Assembly: GCA_047601445.1 (NCBI GenBank)
Contig: JASGJH010000001.1
Span: 2,208,001-2,272,000, forward strand
Reading direction: 5' to 3'
Length of the DNA: 64,000 nucleotides
DNA from: Myxococcales bacterium
Lineage (GTDB): Bacteria; Myxococcota_A; Polyangia; Polyangiales; DASUME01
Positions 22,330-33,312 of this stretch are shown piece after piece (positions within the stretch are counted from its first letter, which is position 1; every line of letters starts with the position of its first letter). A model generated the notes under the pieces. It saw nothing but the letters and a program-made list of their open reading frames with translations, made no database searches and was not told where the DNA came from. The position numbers and the translations under genes are program-made.

Positions 22330-23613
22330 ATGCTGGTCTTTCGTGGAGCGCGGGTACTCGATCCATCGAGGCAACTCGATGATGTTCAAGACGTTGTAGT
22401 CGAAAACGGTCGCATCGCGCGGGTTGGGCGCGATGCAGGCGCAGGGCTCAACGGCGAGCGCGTGCGAGTGGTCGACGCGCGCGGGCTGTGGCTCGCTCCC
22501 GGTTTCGTGGACCTGCACGTGCACTTCCGCGAGCCGGGTCAGGAGTACAAAGAGGACATCACCACGGGGCTCGCCGCCGCAGCTGCGGGGGGCTTCACGG
22601 CGGTCTGTCCGATGCCGAATACCAAGCCCATCAACGACAACCGGGCCATCACCGAAATGATGGTGGCCAAGGCCAAGTCGGTCGGTGGGCCTCGCCTCTT
22701 GCCCTTTGGTGCCATCACCAAGAAGGCGGAAGGCAAGGAGCTCACCGAGATGGCCGACCTGCGCGATGCGGGGGCCATCGGTGTGAGCGATGACGGCGTG
22801 TGCGTGATGAACGCGGCGGTGATGCGCCGGGCTTTGGAGTACGCGAAGACCTTCGACCTCCTGGTGTCCCAGCATTGCGAGGACCACAACCTCACCGCCA
22901 AAGCTCTGATGCACGAGGGCGTGGTGAGCACGAGGCTCGGTCTGCGGGGTTGGCCGCGGGTGGCCGAGGACATCATCGTCGCTCGTGATCTCCTGCTCAC
23001 CGAAGCCGTCGGCGGGGCGCGCTATCACGTGGCGCACATCTCGAGCATGGTCTCCGTGCGTCTACTGCGAGAGGCCAAGTCTCGAGGCATGAAGGTCTCG
23101 GCCGAGGTCACGCCTCACCACCTCACGCTTACGGACGAAGCGCTGCTCTCGTACGACACCTACTGCAAGGTCAATCCGCCGATCCGCAGCGAAGAAGACC
23201 GTGCTGCCCTCATCGAGGCCGTCAAGGACGGCACGATCGACTGCATCGCGACCGACCACGCCCCCCACAGCGACCTGGAAAAGGACTGCGAATTCCAGGA
23301 AGCAGCCAACGGCATCAACGGTCTCGAGACGACCTTCGCCGCGCTCCTGCCGCTGGTTACCCAGGGGCATTTCTCGGCGCTGCGCCTGGTGGAGGCGCTC
23401 TCCACCTCGCCGTGTCGCGTAGCTCAGATCGAGGGCGGCACGCTCAAAGAGGGCGCACGCGCGGATCTGGTGCTGCTGGACCCCGGCCTACGCTGGACGA
23501 TCACGCGGGAAGCGCTACGTTCGCGCTCGCACAACACCCCCCTCCTGAACAAGGAAGTCGTCGGCGCAGTGCGGATGACTGTAGTCGGGGGAGACGTCGT
23601 GTGGGAGCGATGA
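22330..23613 (+). CDS. pyrC: Dihydroorotase
   Basis: PGFVDLHVHFREPG, MPNTKP, EVTPHHL, KVNPPIR, IATDHAPH. Confidence 0.95.
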   Translation: MLVFRGARVLDPSRQLDDVQDVVVENGRIARVGRDAGAGLNGERVRVVDARGLWLAPGFVDLHVHFREPGQEYKEDITTGLAAAAAGGFTAVCPMPNTKPINDNRAITEMMVAKAKSVGGPRLLPFGAITKKAEGKELTEMADLRDAGAIGVSDDGVCVMNAAVMRRALEYAKTFDLLVSQHCEDHNLTAKALMHEGVVSTRLGLRGWPRVAEDIIVARDLLLTEAVGGARYHVAHISSMVSVRLLREAKSRGMKVSAEVTPHHLTLTDEALLSYDTYCKVNPPIRSEEDRAALIEAVKDGTIDCIATDHAPHSDLEKDCEFQEAANGINGLETTFAALLPLVTQGHFSALRLVEALSTSPCRVAQIEGGTLKEGARADLVLLDPGLRWTITREALRSRSHNTPLLNKEVVGAVRMTVVGGDVVWER

Positions 23614-24734
23614 CCAAGACCGCATCCAGAACACCTGCACGCCTCGTGCTCGCCGATGGGCGCGTCTTCGAAGGCGTGTCGATGGGCGCCACCGCCAGCA
23701 CCGTTGGCGAGGTCGTGTTCACCACCGGCATGACCGGCTATCAAGAGGTCATCACCGACCCGTCCTACGCTGGACAGCTGGTCACCATGACCGCGCCACA
23801 AATGGGCAACACGGGCGTCAACGTCGAAGACACCGAGACCGACAAGCCGCGCGTGGCGGGCTTCATCGTTCATGAGCTGAGCTCGGTGGTGAGCAACTGG
23901 CGCGCGAACGAGTCCCTCGACGCCTACCTCAAGCGCCACAACATCACGGGCATCGCCTGCGTCGACACCCGCGCGCTCACGCGGCACATCCGCGACACGG
24001 GCGCCCAGATGGCAGCCATCGGCACCGAAGACGCCAAGACCCTGCACGACCGCGCCAAGGCCGCTCCCTCCATGGACGGCTTGAACCTGGCCGACGGCGT
24101 CAGCACCAGCGAGCGGTACGAGTGGACCCAGGGCTCCGGCGTGTGGCAATCCGTGACCCCGACCGGTGGGTCGCGTCACGTGGTGGCCGTGGACTTCGGC
24201 GTCAAGCTCAACATCCTGCGTTGCTTGGTCGACTCGGGCTGCCGCGTCACCGTGGTCCCCTCCCAGACCAGCGCGAGCGACATCCTGGCGCTCAAGCCCG
24301 ATGGCATCTTTCTCTCCAACGGCCCCGGTGACCCCGCCGCCGTGGGCCATGCGGCCAAGACCATCCGCGAGCTGCTGGGCAAAAAGCCGGTCTTCGGGAT
24401 TTGCCTGGGCCACCAGCTGCTTTCGCTCGCCATCGGCGGCAATACCTACAAGCTCAAGTTCGGCCATCGAGGCCTGAATCAGCCCGTCAAGGACCTGGCC
24501 ACCGGCCGCATCGAGGTCACCACGCAGAACCACGGGTTTTGCGTGGACGTCGACTCGATGAAGGGCAAGGCCACGATGTCCCACATCCATCTCAACGATG
24601 GAACCTGCGAAGGCATCGAGCACCCCGAGAGTGGCGCCTTCAGCGTGCAGTACCACCCGGAGTCCAGCGCGGGTCCCCACGACGCCCGCTACCTGTTCGC
24701 GCGCTTCGTCGAGCGCATCGACCGGGCTCGCTGA
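23610..24734 (+). CDS. carA: Carbamoyl-phosphate synthase small subunit
   Basis: GEVVFTTGMTGYQE, LSNGPGDP, FGICLGHQ, VQYHPE; ATGA overlap with pyrC. Confidence 0.97.
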   Translation: MTKTASRTPARLVLADGRVFEGVSMGATASTVGEVVFTTGMTGYQEVITDPSYAGQLVTMTAPQMGNTGVNVEDTETDKPRVAGFIVHELSSVVSNWRANESLDAYLKRHNITGIACVDTRALTRHIRDTGAQMAAIGTEDAKTLHDRAKAAPSMDGLNLADGVSTSERYEWTQGSGVWQSVTPTGGSRHVVAVDFGVKLNILRCLVDSGCRVTVVPSQTSASDILALKPDGIFLSNGPGDPAAVGHAAKTIRELLGKKPVFGICLGHQLLSLAIGGNTYKLKFGHRGLNQPVKDLATGRIEVTTQNHGFCVDVDSMKGKATMSHIHLNDGTCEGIEHPESGAFSVQYHPESSAGPHDARYLFARFVERIDRAR

Positions 24735-25049
24735 GCGTGTTGATAGACGGGAGGGCACGCGCCCTCCCCGCCCAGTGCGGCAAAGCCGCGCTGGGACCCA
24801 CCCCGCCGCGAGGTTCGCTACGCTCACGAAGCGCCTTGCTCTACGTGCTGTGCGTCCCCCCGCCGATCGAGCGGGCGCGCCATGAAACGTGCGTGACGGT
24901 CGATCGCGCTCGCTAAAACTGTGGCGATCCCCTCACCATAGGACGTCAGCGAGCCGGCCGTCCGGTCGCGCCCGCGCCAGCGAGCCGGCCGCGAATGAAT
25001 GCCGGTTCAGCCTCTTGAGTGCGCCGACGCTAGGTGGTATTTGCGCAGC

Positions 25050-25751
25050 ATGGACAAAGTGGTTGAAAGCGCAGCGAAAGCCGTCGCGGACATCCAGGAT
25101 GGGATGACCCTCCTGGCGGGTGGTTTCGGGTTGTGCGGTATTCCTGAGTTGTCCATCGCTGCCCTGGTCGAGAAGGGCGTCAAGAACCTCACCGTGGTCT
25201 CCAACAACTGCGGGGTCGACGACTTTGGCCTCGGGCTGATGCTGCGGAACAAGCAGATTGCCAAGATGGTCTCGAGCTACGTGGGCGAGAACAAAGAGTT
25301 CGAGCGCCAGGTATTGAACGGGGAGCTGCAGGTGGAGCTCACGCCCCAGGGCACGCTCGCGGAGAAGCTGCGGGCCGGTGGCGCGGGCATCCCGGCGTTC
25401 TTCACGCCAGCGGGCTACGGGACGCAAGTCGCCGAGGGCAAGGAGACGCGGCGCTTCGGCGACAAGGCGTACGTGCTGGAGCAGGCGATCACCGGCGACT
25501 TCGCCATCGTGAAGGCCAAGCGCGGGGACCGATTGGGTAACCTCGTCTTCGAGAAGACCGCGCGCAACTTCAACCCGCTGTGTGCCATGGCGGGTCGCAT
25601 CACCATCGCCGAAGTGGAGGAGTTGGTGGAAGTCGGGTCGCTCGAGCCCGACCAGATTCACCTGCCAGGCATCTTCGTGCAACGCGTCGTCGTGGGCACG
25701 GGCAAATACCAGAACCGCATCGAACGCGTGACCACGCGCAAGAAGGGATAA
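25050..25751 (+). CDS. scoA: 3-oxoacid CoA-transferase subunit A
   Basis: [42 protein letters not shown]. Confidence 0.92.
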   Translation: MDKVVESAAKAVADIQDGMTLLAGGFGLCGIPELSIAALVEKGVKNLTVVSNNCGVDDFGLGLMLRNKQIAKMVSSYVGENKEFERQVLNGELQVELTPQGTLAEKLRAGGAGIPAFFTPAGYGTQVAEGKETRRFGDKAYVLEQAITGDFAIVKAKRGDRLGNLVFEKTARNFNPLCAMAGRITIAEVEELVEVGSLEPDQIHLPGIFVQRVVVGTGKYQNRIERVTTRKKG

Positions 25752-25758
25752 TCGCCTT

Positions 25759-26412
25759 ATGTTGACTCGGGAGCAGGTTGCTAAACGGGCTGCCCAGGAA
25801 TTTCAGGACGGCAACTACGTCAATCTGGGCATCGGCTTGCCCACGCTCTGCGCCAACTACATCCCCGATGGCGTGGAGGTGCAGCTCCACAGCGAAAACG
25901 GCCTGCTCGGCACGGGTCCTTTTCCCCTTGAAGGCGAGCAAGATCCCGCGCTGATCAACGCGGGAAAGCAGACGGTCACCGCCCTCCCCGGGGCCGCCAC
26001 CTTCGACAGCGCCACCTCGTTCGCGATGATCCGTGGCGGTCACGTCGACGTGGCGGTGCTCGGCGGCATGGAGGTGTCCAAGACCGGCGACCTGGCGAAC
26101 TGGATGATCCCCGAGAAGATGATCAAGGGCATGGGCGGCGCGATGGACCTCGTGCATGGCGCCAAGAAGGTCATCGTGATCATGGAGCACACCAACAAGG
26201 AAGGTGAGCCCAAGATCCTGAACGAGTGCAAGCTCCCCCTCACCGGCGTGGGCGTGGTGCACCGTATCATCACGGATCTGGCGGTGATCGATGTGACCAA
26301 GGAGGGGCTCGTGCTGCGCGAGGTGGCGCCGGGTGTGAGCGCGGCCGAGGTGCAGGCCAAGACCGAAGCTCCCTTGTTCGCCTCCGAAGACCTGAAGCCC
26401 ATCGAAGTCTGA
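25759..26412 (+). CDS. scoB: 3-oxoacid CoA-transferase subunit B
   Basis: [10 protein letters not shown], catalytic [22 protein letters not shown]. Confidence 0.92.
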   Translation: MLTREQVAKRAAQEFQDGNYVNLGIGLPTLCANYIPDGVEVQLHSENGLLGTGPFPLEGEQDPALINAGKQTVTALPGAATFDSATSFAMIRGGHVDVAVLGGMEVSKTGDLANWMIPEKMIKGMGGAMDLVHGAKKVIVIMEHTNKEGEPKILNECKLPLTGVGVVHRIITDLAVIDVTKEGLVLREVAPGVSAAEVQAKTEAPLFASEDLKPIEV

Positions 26413-26421
26413 GCAGCGCCC

Positions 26422-26901
26422 ATGCCCAAGGCCAAAGGCGCGTCCAAGACCAGCGCCGGCCTCTTGATGGTGCGGCGCTGTGGTGTCAGCTGGGAGTTCT
26501 TGCTCGCTCATCCGGGCGGGCCCTTCTTTGCCCGCAAAGACGACGGCGCCTGGAGCGTCCCCAAGGGACTCCCCGAAGGCGAAGAAGACCTGCTGGCAGC
26601 CGCCAAGCGTGAGTTCGTGGAGGAGACCGGGTTCGACTGCGAGAGCGACACCTATCTCCCGTTGGGCCACGTGGTGCAGGCTGGTGGGAAGACGGTGCAC
26701 GCCTGGGCCTTCGTGGGGGACTGCCGCCCGGAGGAGCTCAAGAGCAACACCTTCATGCTCGAGTGGCCGCCCAAGAGTGGGCGCATGCGCGAGGTGCCGG
26801 AGATCGATCGCGTGGCGTTCTTCGATGCGGAGCGGGCGCGCGTGAAAATGAATCCTGCCCAGTCGGCGTTCATCGATCGCGCACTGGCGCTGCTGCGCTG
26901 A
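26422..26901 (+). CDS. NUDIX hydrolase
   Basis: HPGGPFF, WSVPKG...AAKREFVEETG Nudix box, EWPPKSG. Confidence 0.9.
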   Translation: MPKAKGASKTSAGLLMVRRCGVSWEFLLAHPGGPFFARKDDGAWSVPKGLPEGEEDLLAAAKREFVEETGFDCESDTYLPLGHVVQAGGKTVHAWAFVGDCRPEELKSNTFMLEWPPKSGRMREVPEIDRVAFFDAERARVKMNPAQSAFIDRALALLR

Positions 26902-27161
26902 TCCCCCTGTTTTTTGTCCGAATGGCCTTCAAGGATCCGGGCGCGATGTGCAGGCGATCGCGAGGCGCTGTCGCGTGATGTGCGAGAGCTGCGACAAGCG
27001 CCTCTAAAAACCTGTCCAAAAACCCACGTAAAACATCGTTTACTTGGATGATTGAATCCAATCTAAGTTGTGACTTGGCTCCTCAATCTACGGCGGTTGA
27101 AACAATCTGACGAGAACGGATAAGATCGTGACCGTTGTCTTCCCTGTTTCAGGAGCGCCCG

Positions 27162-30100
27162 ATGCGTCGTGGTCCAAGCTGGTTCCGAGCAGCTTTCTTG
27201 TGTTGTTCCTTGCTGGTCGTCGCGTGTAGCGGCGATGGCGGCAAGGGTGGTGGTCGCATCAAGCCCGACGGCGACGATGCCGGCGATGGCAATGATGGCG
27301 GCGGCCACTTCGATTGGGATACCGACGCCGGCCAAGACGCATCCACTGCAGGATGCAAGAAAGTCTGCGATCCGGACGACTGCGGTGAAGCAGTGGCCGA
27401 TCGTTGCGGCGGGTTCCTCAGCTGCAGCAGCTGTACGGACGGCAAGATTTGCGGCGTCCTCCGGGAAGACAAGTGCGACTTTCCGCAGCCGGCTCAGTGT
27501 ACGCCGAAGACCGCGGCCGAAGTCTGCGTCGGCAAGTGCGGCGCGGTGGCGGATGGTTGTAGCGACGTCATCCTGTGTGACGGCTCGAACGGCGGCCTGA
27601 CCTGCGGCGCGAGCCAGTTCTGTAAGAACGAAGCCTGCGTGGACCCCGCAGGCATCCCGCCCAAGCAGCCGAGCGAAGTGTGCTCGGGCAAGTGCGGCTT
27701 CGTGAGCGATGGCGTCAGCGGCGTGGTGGAGTGTACCGGCGCCAACGGCGGCCTCACCTGCGCAGCCGACGAGATTTGCCAGGGCAATGCCTGCGTCGAT
27801 CGCCCGCCGGAGCCCGCCTGTCTGACGGCGGCCGACTGCACGGGCAAGTGCGGCTTCATCAACGACAAGTGCGGCGGGTTCATCGACTGCGATCCCAACC
27901 ACAACGTCTGCGGCGCCGGCTACGAGTGCAAGAGCAACGCCTGCACGCAGATCCCGAACGTGCCCAACCCGCCGGCGTGTCAGCCGACCCAGACCATCCA
28001 GCAAGCCTGCGCCAACAAGTGCGGCTTCGTGAACCACGAGTGCGGCGTCTACGACTGCAGTTCGCTCGGCGGCGCTGGCAACACCTGCAGCGGCGGCAAG
28101 GTCTGCACCAACAGCACCTGCGTCACGCCCACCGTGCCCGTCTGCACGCCGGACACGTCGAGCCACAACAAGTGCCCGGCGGTGGCTGGAAAGACGGCCT
28201 GCGGTAGCGTCCCCCAGTACGAGTGCAACGCCAACTACGACTGCGGCACCTGCGGCAACGGCGAGACCTGCGGCGCCGGCGGCGCCAACCTGTGCGGCAC
28301 CACGCCGACCTGCCAGGCTCCGACCATCGCGACGGTTTGCAACGGCAAGTGCGGCGTCCTGCCCACCGGCTGCGGCAACGCGACCTACGACTGTGACGCC
28401 TATCACGGCGCCTGCAGCGGCGGTCAGACCTGCGGCGGCGGCGGCAAGTCGAACGTGTGCGGTACGCCCGCCACCACCTGCGTACCCCACGACTGCCAGG
28501 GCTCGACCTGCGGCAACTCCACGGACGGCTGCGGTCACCAGATCAGCTGCTGGCCCCAGGGGCAGACCCAGTGCGCCGCCGGCTCCACCTGCGCGGTGAA
28601 GAACGGCATCCAGCAGTGCGTGACCGGCGTCGAGACTTGCACCGGCAACCTGTGCAACTCCGCGTGTCCCAAGGACTCCACGGTGACCTTGAGCGGCACC
28701 GTGATTACCCCCGGCCGCAACGGTCACAACAAGCTGCCCGTTCCGAACGCCTTCGTGTACATCCCGGCCGACACGGACACCTCGAAGCTGCCTACGATCT
28801 TCGAAGGCGTCGCGGCCGGCAACGCTGCCTCCTGCGGCCGCTGCGCGGACGAGAAGCTCGTGGTCGACGGCCAGAGCGTGCTCGCTTGGGCCAAGACCGA
28901 CTACGACGGTAAGTTCACGCTGACGGGCCGCCTGCCCAAGAGCGCCATCTTCAGGATCGTGATCAAGATCGGTAAGTGGCGCGGTGTTCAGGAAGTTGCC
29001 GCCAACAAGGTGACGTCCTGCACGGGCACCTTCACGGCGGACGCTGCGTCGACCACGCTGCCGGCCACGCGCGGCGGCCTCGCGGGTAACAACCTGCCGA
29101 AGATCGCGATCTCCACCGGTAACGTGGACGAGATGGAGTGCGTGCTCCTGAACATGGGCTTCGACTCCAGCGAGTTCGCGGTGCCCACGGACGCCAACGC
29201 GCGCATCCACATGTACCGCGCCAACGGCGCCCAGATGGCGGCTGCGCCCATCACGTGCTCGGGCACCTACACCGCGAACAACAACACGGTGAACTGCAAC
29301 GCCACCGTGAACGGCACGGCGAACGCCGGCTGCGTCAATCGGCGCACGGGCTGCACCACCACGAGCTCGAACCAGGACTCGAACCTGACGAGCAGCCCGA
29401 CGACCTTGAACAAGTACGACATGGTCGTGTTCGACTGCGAAGGCTACGAGGAGCAGGAGGACACGGACGAGCCCAACCTCGAGACCTACGTGAACAACGG
29501 CGGACGCATGTTCGCCAGTCACTTCAGCTACATCTGGATCGAGGACAACGGCACCCTGAAGGATTCGGCTGCATGGCACCAGGACGGCAGCACCGGCTCC
29601 GGCACCGGCCTCCTCTCGCAACCCAGCGGCAACACGACGCGCACCCGCGCGGCGGGTGCCGACGCGGTCGCCCCGGCGGTGAAGGGCTTCAAGGCCATTC
29701 AGTTCGCCAAGTGGATGACCTACCAGGGCGCCCTCACGGGCACCGCGGCGGGCAACACCACCATCCCGGCCACGCCCCAGTTCTCCATCACCGACCCGCG
29801 TGACCGCGCCGGCGCCACCTCGGGTGCCGCGACCGACGAGTGGCTCTACCGCGATGTCGCCTACTGCTCCAACGGCGCCAGCCAGCTGTGCACGCAGAAG
29901 AGCGATTGCCGCGTGTGTACCACCAAGAACAACGGCAACCTCGTGTTCTGCGGCAGCGACAACGACTGCCCCAACAACGGCAGCTGTCAGTCCACCAACA
30001 ACGCGGCCACCGGCAACTGCATGACCGCAGTGTGCTCGAACAAGACCGACCGCTTCTGCTCCACGGCCAACGACTGCCGCGTGTGCCAGAACAGTGCGTC

Positions 30101-31634
30101 CACCTTCTGCACCACGAACACCGACTGCCCGAACACCGCCAACCGCATCTGTCAGGCGGCGGCGGCGACCTGCGACAGCAACATGAAGCCGCGCGTGCAG
30201 CAGCTGTCCTTCAACACCCCGTACGCGGCGGCCTCGGACTCCATCTGCGGTCGCGTGGCCTACAGCGGCTTCCACGTGTCGAGCGCCAGCAACTTCAACG
30301 GCACCTTCCCCGATGTGTGCGAGGCCGACCACGACCTCACCTCTCAGGAGAAGACCCTGGCCTTCCAGCTCTTCGACCTCGGCACCTGCGTGTCGGTGAA
30401 GGGTGACCCCATCACGCCGCCCGGCTGCATCAAGCTCACGCAGGCCAGCTGCCCGGCCACGGCCTGCGGCCTGATGCCCGACGGCTGCGGCGGCACCGTG
30501 GATTGCGGCGGCTGCGCCGCGGGCTCGTGGTGCAACGGCTCCACCTGCCAGGTCCAGCAGTGCGTGCCCTCGAAGTGCAGCGACTTCGGCTACAACTGCG
30601 GCAGCTACTCGGACGGCTGCGGCGGCTTGATGGATGGCACCGCGGTGGACACCTGCGGCGCCTGCACCGGTAACCAGGTCTGCGGACTCAACACCCCCGG
30701 CGTCTGCGCACCGCGCTGCCCCACCTACAAGACGCAGGCCCAGGCTTGCGGCGCCGCCACCTGCGGTGTCGTGAGCGATGGCTGCGACGGCACCTACACC
30801 TGCGGCACCTGCGGCGCTGGCAGCTCGTGCAGTGCAGGCCAGTGCGTGCCCGGCACCTGCTCCAAGCAGACCCAGGCCAACGCTTGCGGCACCAAGCAGT
30901 GCGGCAAGGTCAGCGACGGCTGCAACGGTAGCTACAGCTGCGGCGACAACGGCGACGGGACCTGCGACAACCCCGACACCTGCGGTGGCGGTGGCGTGGC
31001 CGGTCAGTGCGGACATCCGCAGTGCGTGCCGCTCACGATGGCCCAGGCGTGCGACCCCCTCAAGCCTGCCGGCAACCCCAACGCCACGGTCTGCGGCTGG
31101 GTCAGCGATGGCTGCAGCGGCAAGATCAACTGCGGCGACTGCCCCAACAACGGTGTCTGCGGTGGCGCGGGCCCGAACCTCTGCGGCGCGAGCTGCGATC
31201 CGCTGTCCTGCGGCGAAGCGGGCGCGGAGTGCGGCGACGTCTCCGACGGCTGCAACAGCATCGTCAACTGCGGCGGTTGCCCCGCCGGTCAGGTCTGCGG
31301 TGCGGCTGGCCCCAACCTCTGTGGCCCCGGCCAGAGCTGCGACCCGCTCACCTGCGCCGAGGCCTCGGCCGAGTGCGGCCTGATCGGCAACGGCTGCGGT
31401 CAGACCTTGGATTGCGGTCCCTGCACCGTGCCCGGCGAGAGCTGCGGCGGTGCCGGCGTGCCCAACCAGTGCGACCCCGGCACCGGTGGCTGCACGGCCA
31501 CCACCTGCGAAGCGAAGGGCGTGCAGTGCGGCGCCACCAGCAACGGCTGCGGCGGTCTCCTCGACTGCGGCGGCTGCGCGCTCGACCAAGCCTGCGTGAA
31601 GGGTAAGTGCGAGGACCTGGTCATCCTGCAGTGA
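27162..31634 (+). CDS. Large Cys-rich surface lipoprotein of myxobacterial type
   Basis: AGGAG RBS, lipobox LLVVAC, many CGxVSDGCGG..CGxC repeats flanking a central globular region (PKIAISTGNVDEMECVL, GGRMFASHF, CGRVAYSGFHV). Confidence 0.85.
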   Translation: MRRGPSWFRAAFLCCSLLVVACSGDGGKGGGRIKPDGDDAGDGNDGGGHFDWDTDAGQDASTAGCKKVCDPDDCGEAVADRCGGFLSCSSCTDGKICGVLREDKCDFPQPAQCTPKTAAEVCVGKCGAVADGCSDVILCDGSNGGLTCGASQFCKNEACVDPAGIPPKQPSEVCSGKCGFVSDGVSGVVECTGANGGLTCAADEICQGNACVDRPPEPACLTAADCTGKCGFINDKCGGFIDCDPNHNVCGAGYECKSNACTQIPNVPNPPACQPTQTIQQACANKCGFVNHECGVYDCSSLGGAGNTCSGGKVCTNSTCVTPTVPVCTPDTSSHNKCPAVAGKTACGSVPQYECNANYDCGTCGNGETCGAGGANLCGTTPTCQAPTIATVCNGKCGVLPTGCGNATYDCDAYHGACSGGQTCGGGGKSNVCGTPATTCVPHDCQGSTCGNSTDGCGHQISCWPQGQTQCAAGSTCAVKNGIQQCVTGVETCTGNLCNSACPKDSTVTLSGTVITPGRNGHNKLPVPNAFVYIPADTDTSKLPTIFEGVAAGNAASCGRCADEKLVVDGQSVLAWAKTDYDGKFTLTGRLPKSAIFRIVIKIGKWRGVQEVAANKVTSCTGTFTADAASTTLPATRGGLAGNNLPKIAISTGNVDEMECVLLNMGFDSSEFAVPTDANARIHMYRANGAQMAAAPITCSGTYTANNNTVNCNATVNGTANAGCVNRRTGCTTTSSNQDSNLTSSPTTLNKYDMVVFDCEGYEEQEDTDEPNLETYVNNGGRMFASHFSYIWIEDNGTLKDSAAWHQDGSTGSGTGLLSQPSGNTTRTRAAGADAVAPAVKGFKAIQFAKWMTYQGALTGTAAGNTTIPATPQFSITDPRDRAGATSGAATDEWLYRDVAYCSNGASQLCTQKSDCRVCTTKNNGNLVFCGSDNDCPNNGSCQSTNNAATGNCMTAVCSNKTDRFCSTANDCRVCQNSASTFCTTNTDCPNTANRICQAAAATCDSNMKPRVQQLSFNTPYAAASDSICGRVAYSGFHVSSASNFNGTFPDVCEADHDLTSQEKTLAFQLFDLGTCVSVKGDPITPPGCIKLTQASCPATACGLMPDGCGGTVDCGGCAAGSWCNGSTCQVQQCVPSKCSDFGYNCGSYSDGCGGLMDGTAVDTCGACTGNQVCGLNTPGVCAPRCPTYKTQAQACGAATCGVVSDGCDGTYTCGTCGAGSSCSAGQCVPGTCSKQTQANACGTKQCGKVSDGCNGSYSCGDNGDGTCDNPDTCGGGGVAGQCGHPQCVPLTMAQACDPLKPAGNPNATVCGWVSDGCSGKINCGDCPNNGVCGGAGPNLCGASCDPLSCGEAGAECGDVSDGCNSIVNCGGCPAGQVCGAAGPNLCGPGQSCDPLTCAEASAECGLIGNGCGQTLDCGPCTVPGESCGGAGVPNQCDPGTGGCTATTCEAKGVQCGATSNGCGGLLDCGGCALDQACVKGKCEDLVILQ

Positions 31635-31753
31635 GGACTCGGGGCTTCACCCCGAAATAGCTGCAGCGAATCGTTCCAACGCACGTAGAACCAAAGGGCC
31701 CCGGGGAGAAATTACCCGCGGGCCCTGTACGTTTAATCCGAGGAAGTAATTCG

Positions 31754-32296
31754 ATGACGGAGCACAGACCGGCCTGGGACGAGCTCTTTCGTGGCTACCG
31801 CCAGCGGCAGGCGGACAAGGAGCGGGAGGAGCAGCGTAAACAGGAGCTCGCCGCCTGGCATCAGGCCCAGACGCTGCACGTGATGGAGCTGGTGCGGGAG
31901 GTCGCGCTCGAGCGGGCACGCCAGTTCGAGCAACAGACGGGCTCGCGCATCGAGGTGCGCTGGCCCAGCCGTCCGCCCATCAATGTCACGCCGGAGGGGC
32001 CCTTCATGAGCTTCCTCTCACTGGGAATGGGTCCACGCGAGGTGCACATGTACTCGCACCGCGTCACGCACGAAGCCCCCACGCTGCACTACGTGATCAC
32101 CGGTAGCGCCGGGCACGGCATGGGACAGAAGCGGGTCCACGGTCGACCGGGCTGCAAGATCGAGGCGCGCGCGGGCGGCGGCTTCTTGCTGCGCGACCTG
32201 GCGCCACCGCGCGGAACCGAGGGCGGCGAGCTCGGCGTGGAGGACCTCACGTTTCGCGCCTTCGAGTCGCTGCTGTGCGGGCCGCCCAACGATTGA
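31754..32296 (+). CDS. Hypothetical protein
   Basis: GAGGAA RBS, charged N-terminal helix then a beta-rich region, GC3 bias. Confidence 0.65.
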   Translation: MTEHRPAWDELFRGYRQRQADKEREEQRKQELAAWHQAQTLHVMELVREVALERARQFEQQTGSRIEVRWPSRPPINVTPEGPFMSFLSLGMGPREVHMYSHRVTHEAPTLHYVITGSAGHGMGQKRVHGRPGCKIEARAGGGFLLRDLAPPRGTEGGELGVEDLTFRAFESLLCGPPND

Positions 32297-32348
32297 AAGC
32301 CTCCACTCCAGGTTCGTCTTCGGCGGCCGAGCTGCTACATCGCGGGCC

Positions 32349-33312
32349 ATGGAGACCCTGATCCTCACGCATCGAGAGGTTCGCGCGCTGGCCGATATGC
32401 AGCTCGCCGTGGACGCCGTGGAAGGAGCCTTCCGCGCCTACGCCGAGGGCCACGCCCGGATGCCCTCCAAGGTGTACCTCGAGCTGCCGGAGTTCGACGG
32501 CGACTTTCGCGCCATGCCTTCGCTGCTCGGCGACTACGCAGGGGTCAAGTGGGTGAACGCCCATCCCTTCAATCAAGCGCGCCATGGCTTGCCCACGGTG
32601 ATGGGCACCTACGTGCTCAGCGATCCCAAGACGGCGTTCCCGCTCGCCATCATGGATGCCACCTTCCTCACCGCGTTGCGCACGGGCGCTGCGGCCGGCG
32701 TGGCCACCAAGCACCTCGCGAACCTACCGCTCACGCGCGTGGGGTTCGTGGGTTGCGGCGTGCAAGCACGGATGTTCCGAGACGCCCACCGCACACTCGG
32801 TAACTTCGAGATTCTTGGCAGCCGACTTGAACCAGAGCGCTGCAGAGCGCTTCGTGGCGGAGTCAGGCGGTGGTCGCGTGGTTAGCATCGAGGAAGCCGC
32901 GGGCTGTCCAGTGGTGTGCATCGCCACGCCGTCGCTGACACCTGTGTTGTTGCGCGCCTGGATCCGCCCCGGGACGCACATCAACGCCATGGGCGCCGAC
33001 GGCCCCGGGAAGCAAGAGCTCGATCCCCAGATCGTGCGCGAAGCACGGGTGGTGGTGGACGAGCCCGATCAGTCCATCCATGGGGGCGAACTCAACGTGC
33101 CGATCAGCCAGGGCCTGTTCGGCCCCGACATCATCGGGGCCACCTTGGGCGATGTGATCGCTGCCAAGGCACCCGGGCGACAGAGCCCGGAGCAAATCAC
33201 CATCTTCGACTCCACCGGCCTGGCCATCCAAGATGTGGCGGTGGCGCAGGCGGTGTACCAGCGTGCCAAGGAGCGGGGTGTAGGAAGCCGCGTCGCGCTC
33301 GTACCAACCTGA
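32349..33312 (+). CDS. Ornithine cyclodeaminase/mu-crystallin family (alanine dehydrogenase-like), frameshifted at ~32812
   Basis: GDFRAMP, GVKWVN, TALRTGAA, GCGVQA, then GTHINAMGAD and FDSTGLAIQD in the +1 frame. Confidence 0.88.

Noticed and set aside
27063..31589. 1508-aa minus-strand ORF, and similar long antisense ORFs (4803-6578, 20077-21585, 44130-50210, 58417-60054)
   Set aside because: Shadow frames of strongly GC3-biased genes on the opposite strand; no recognisable motifs.
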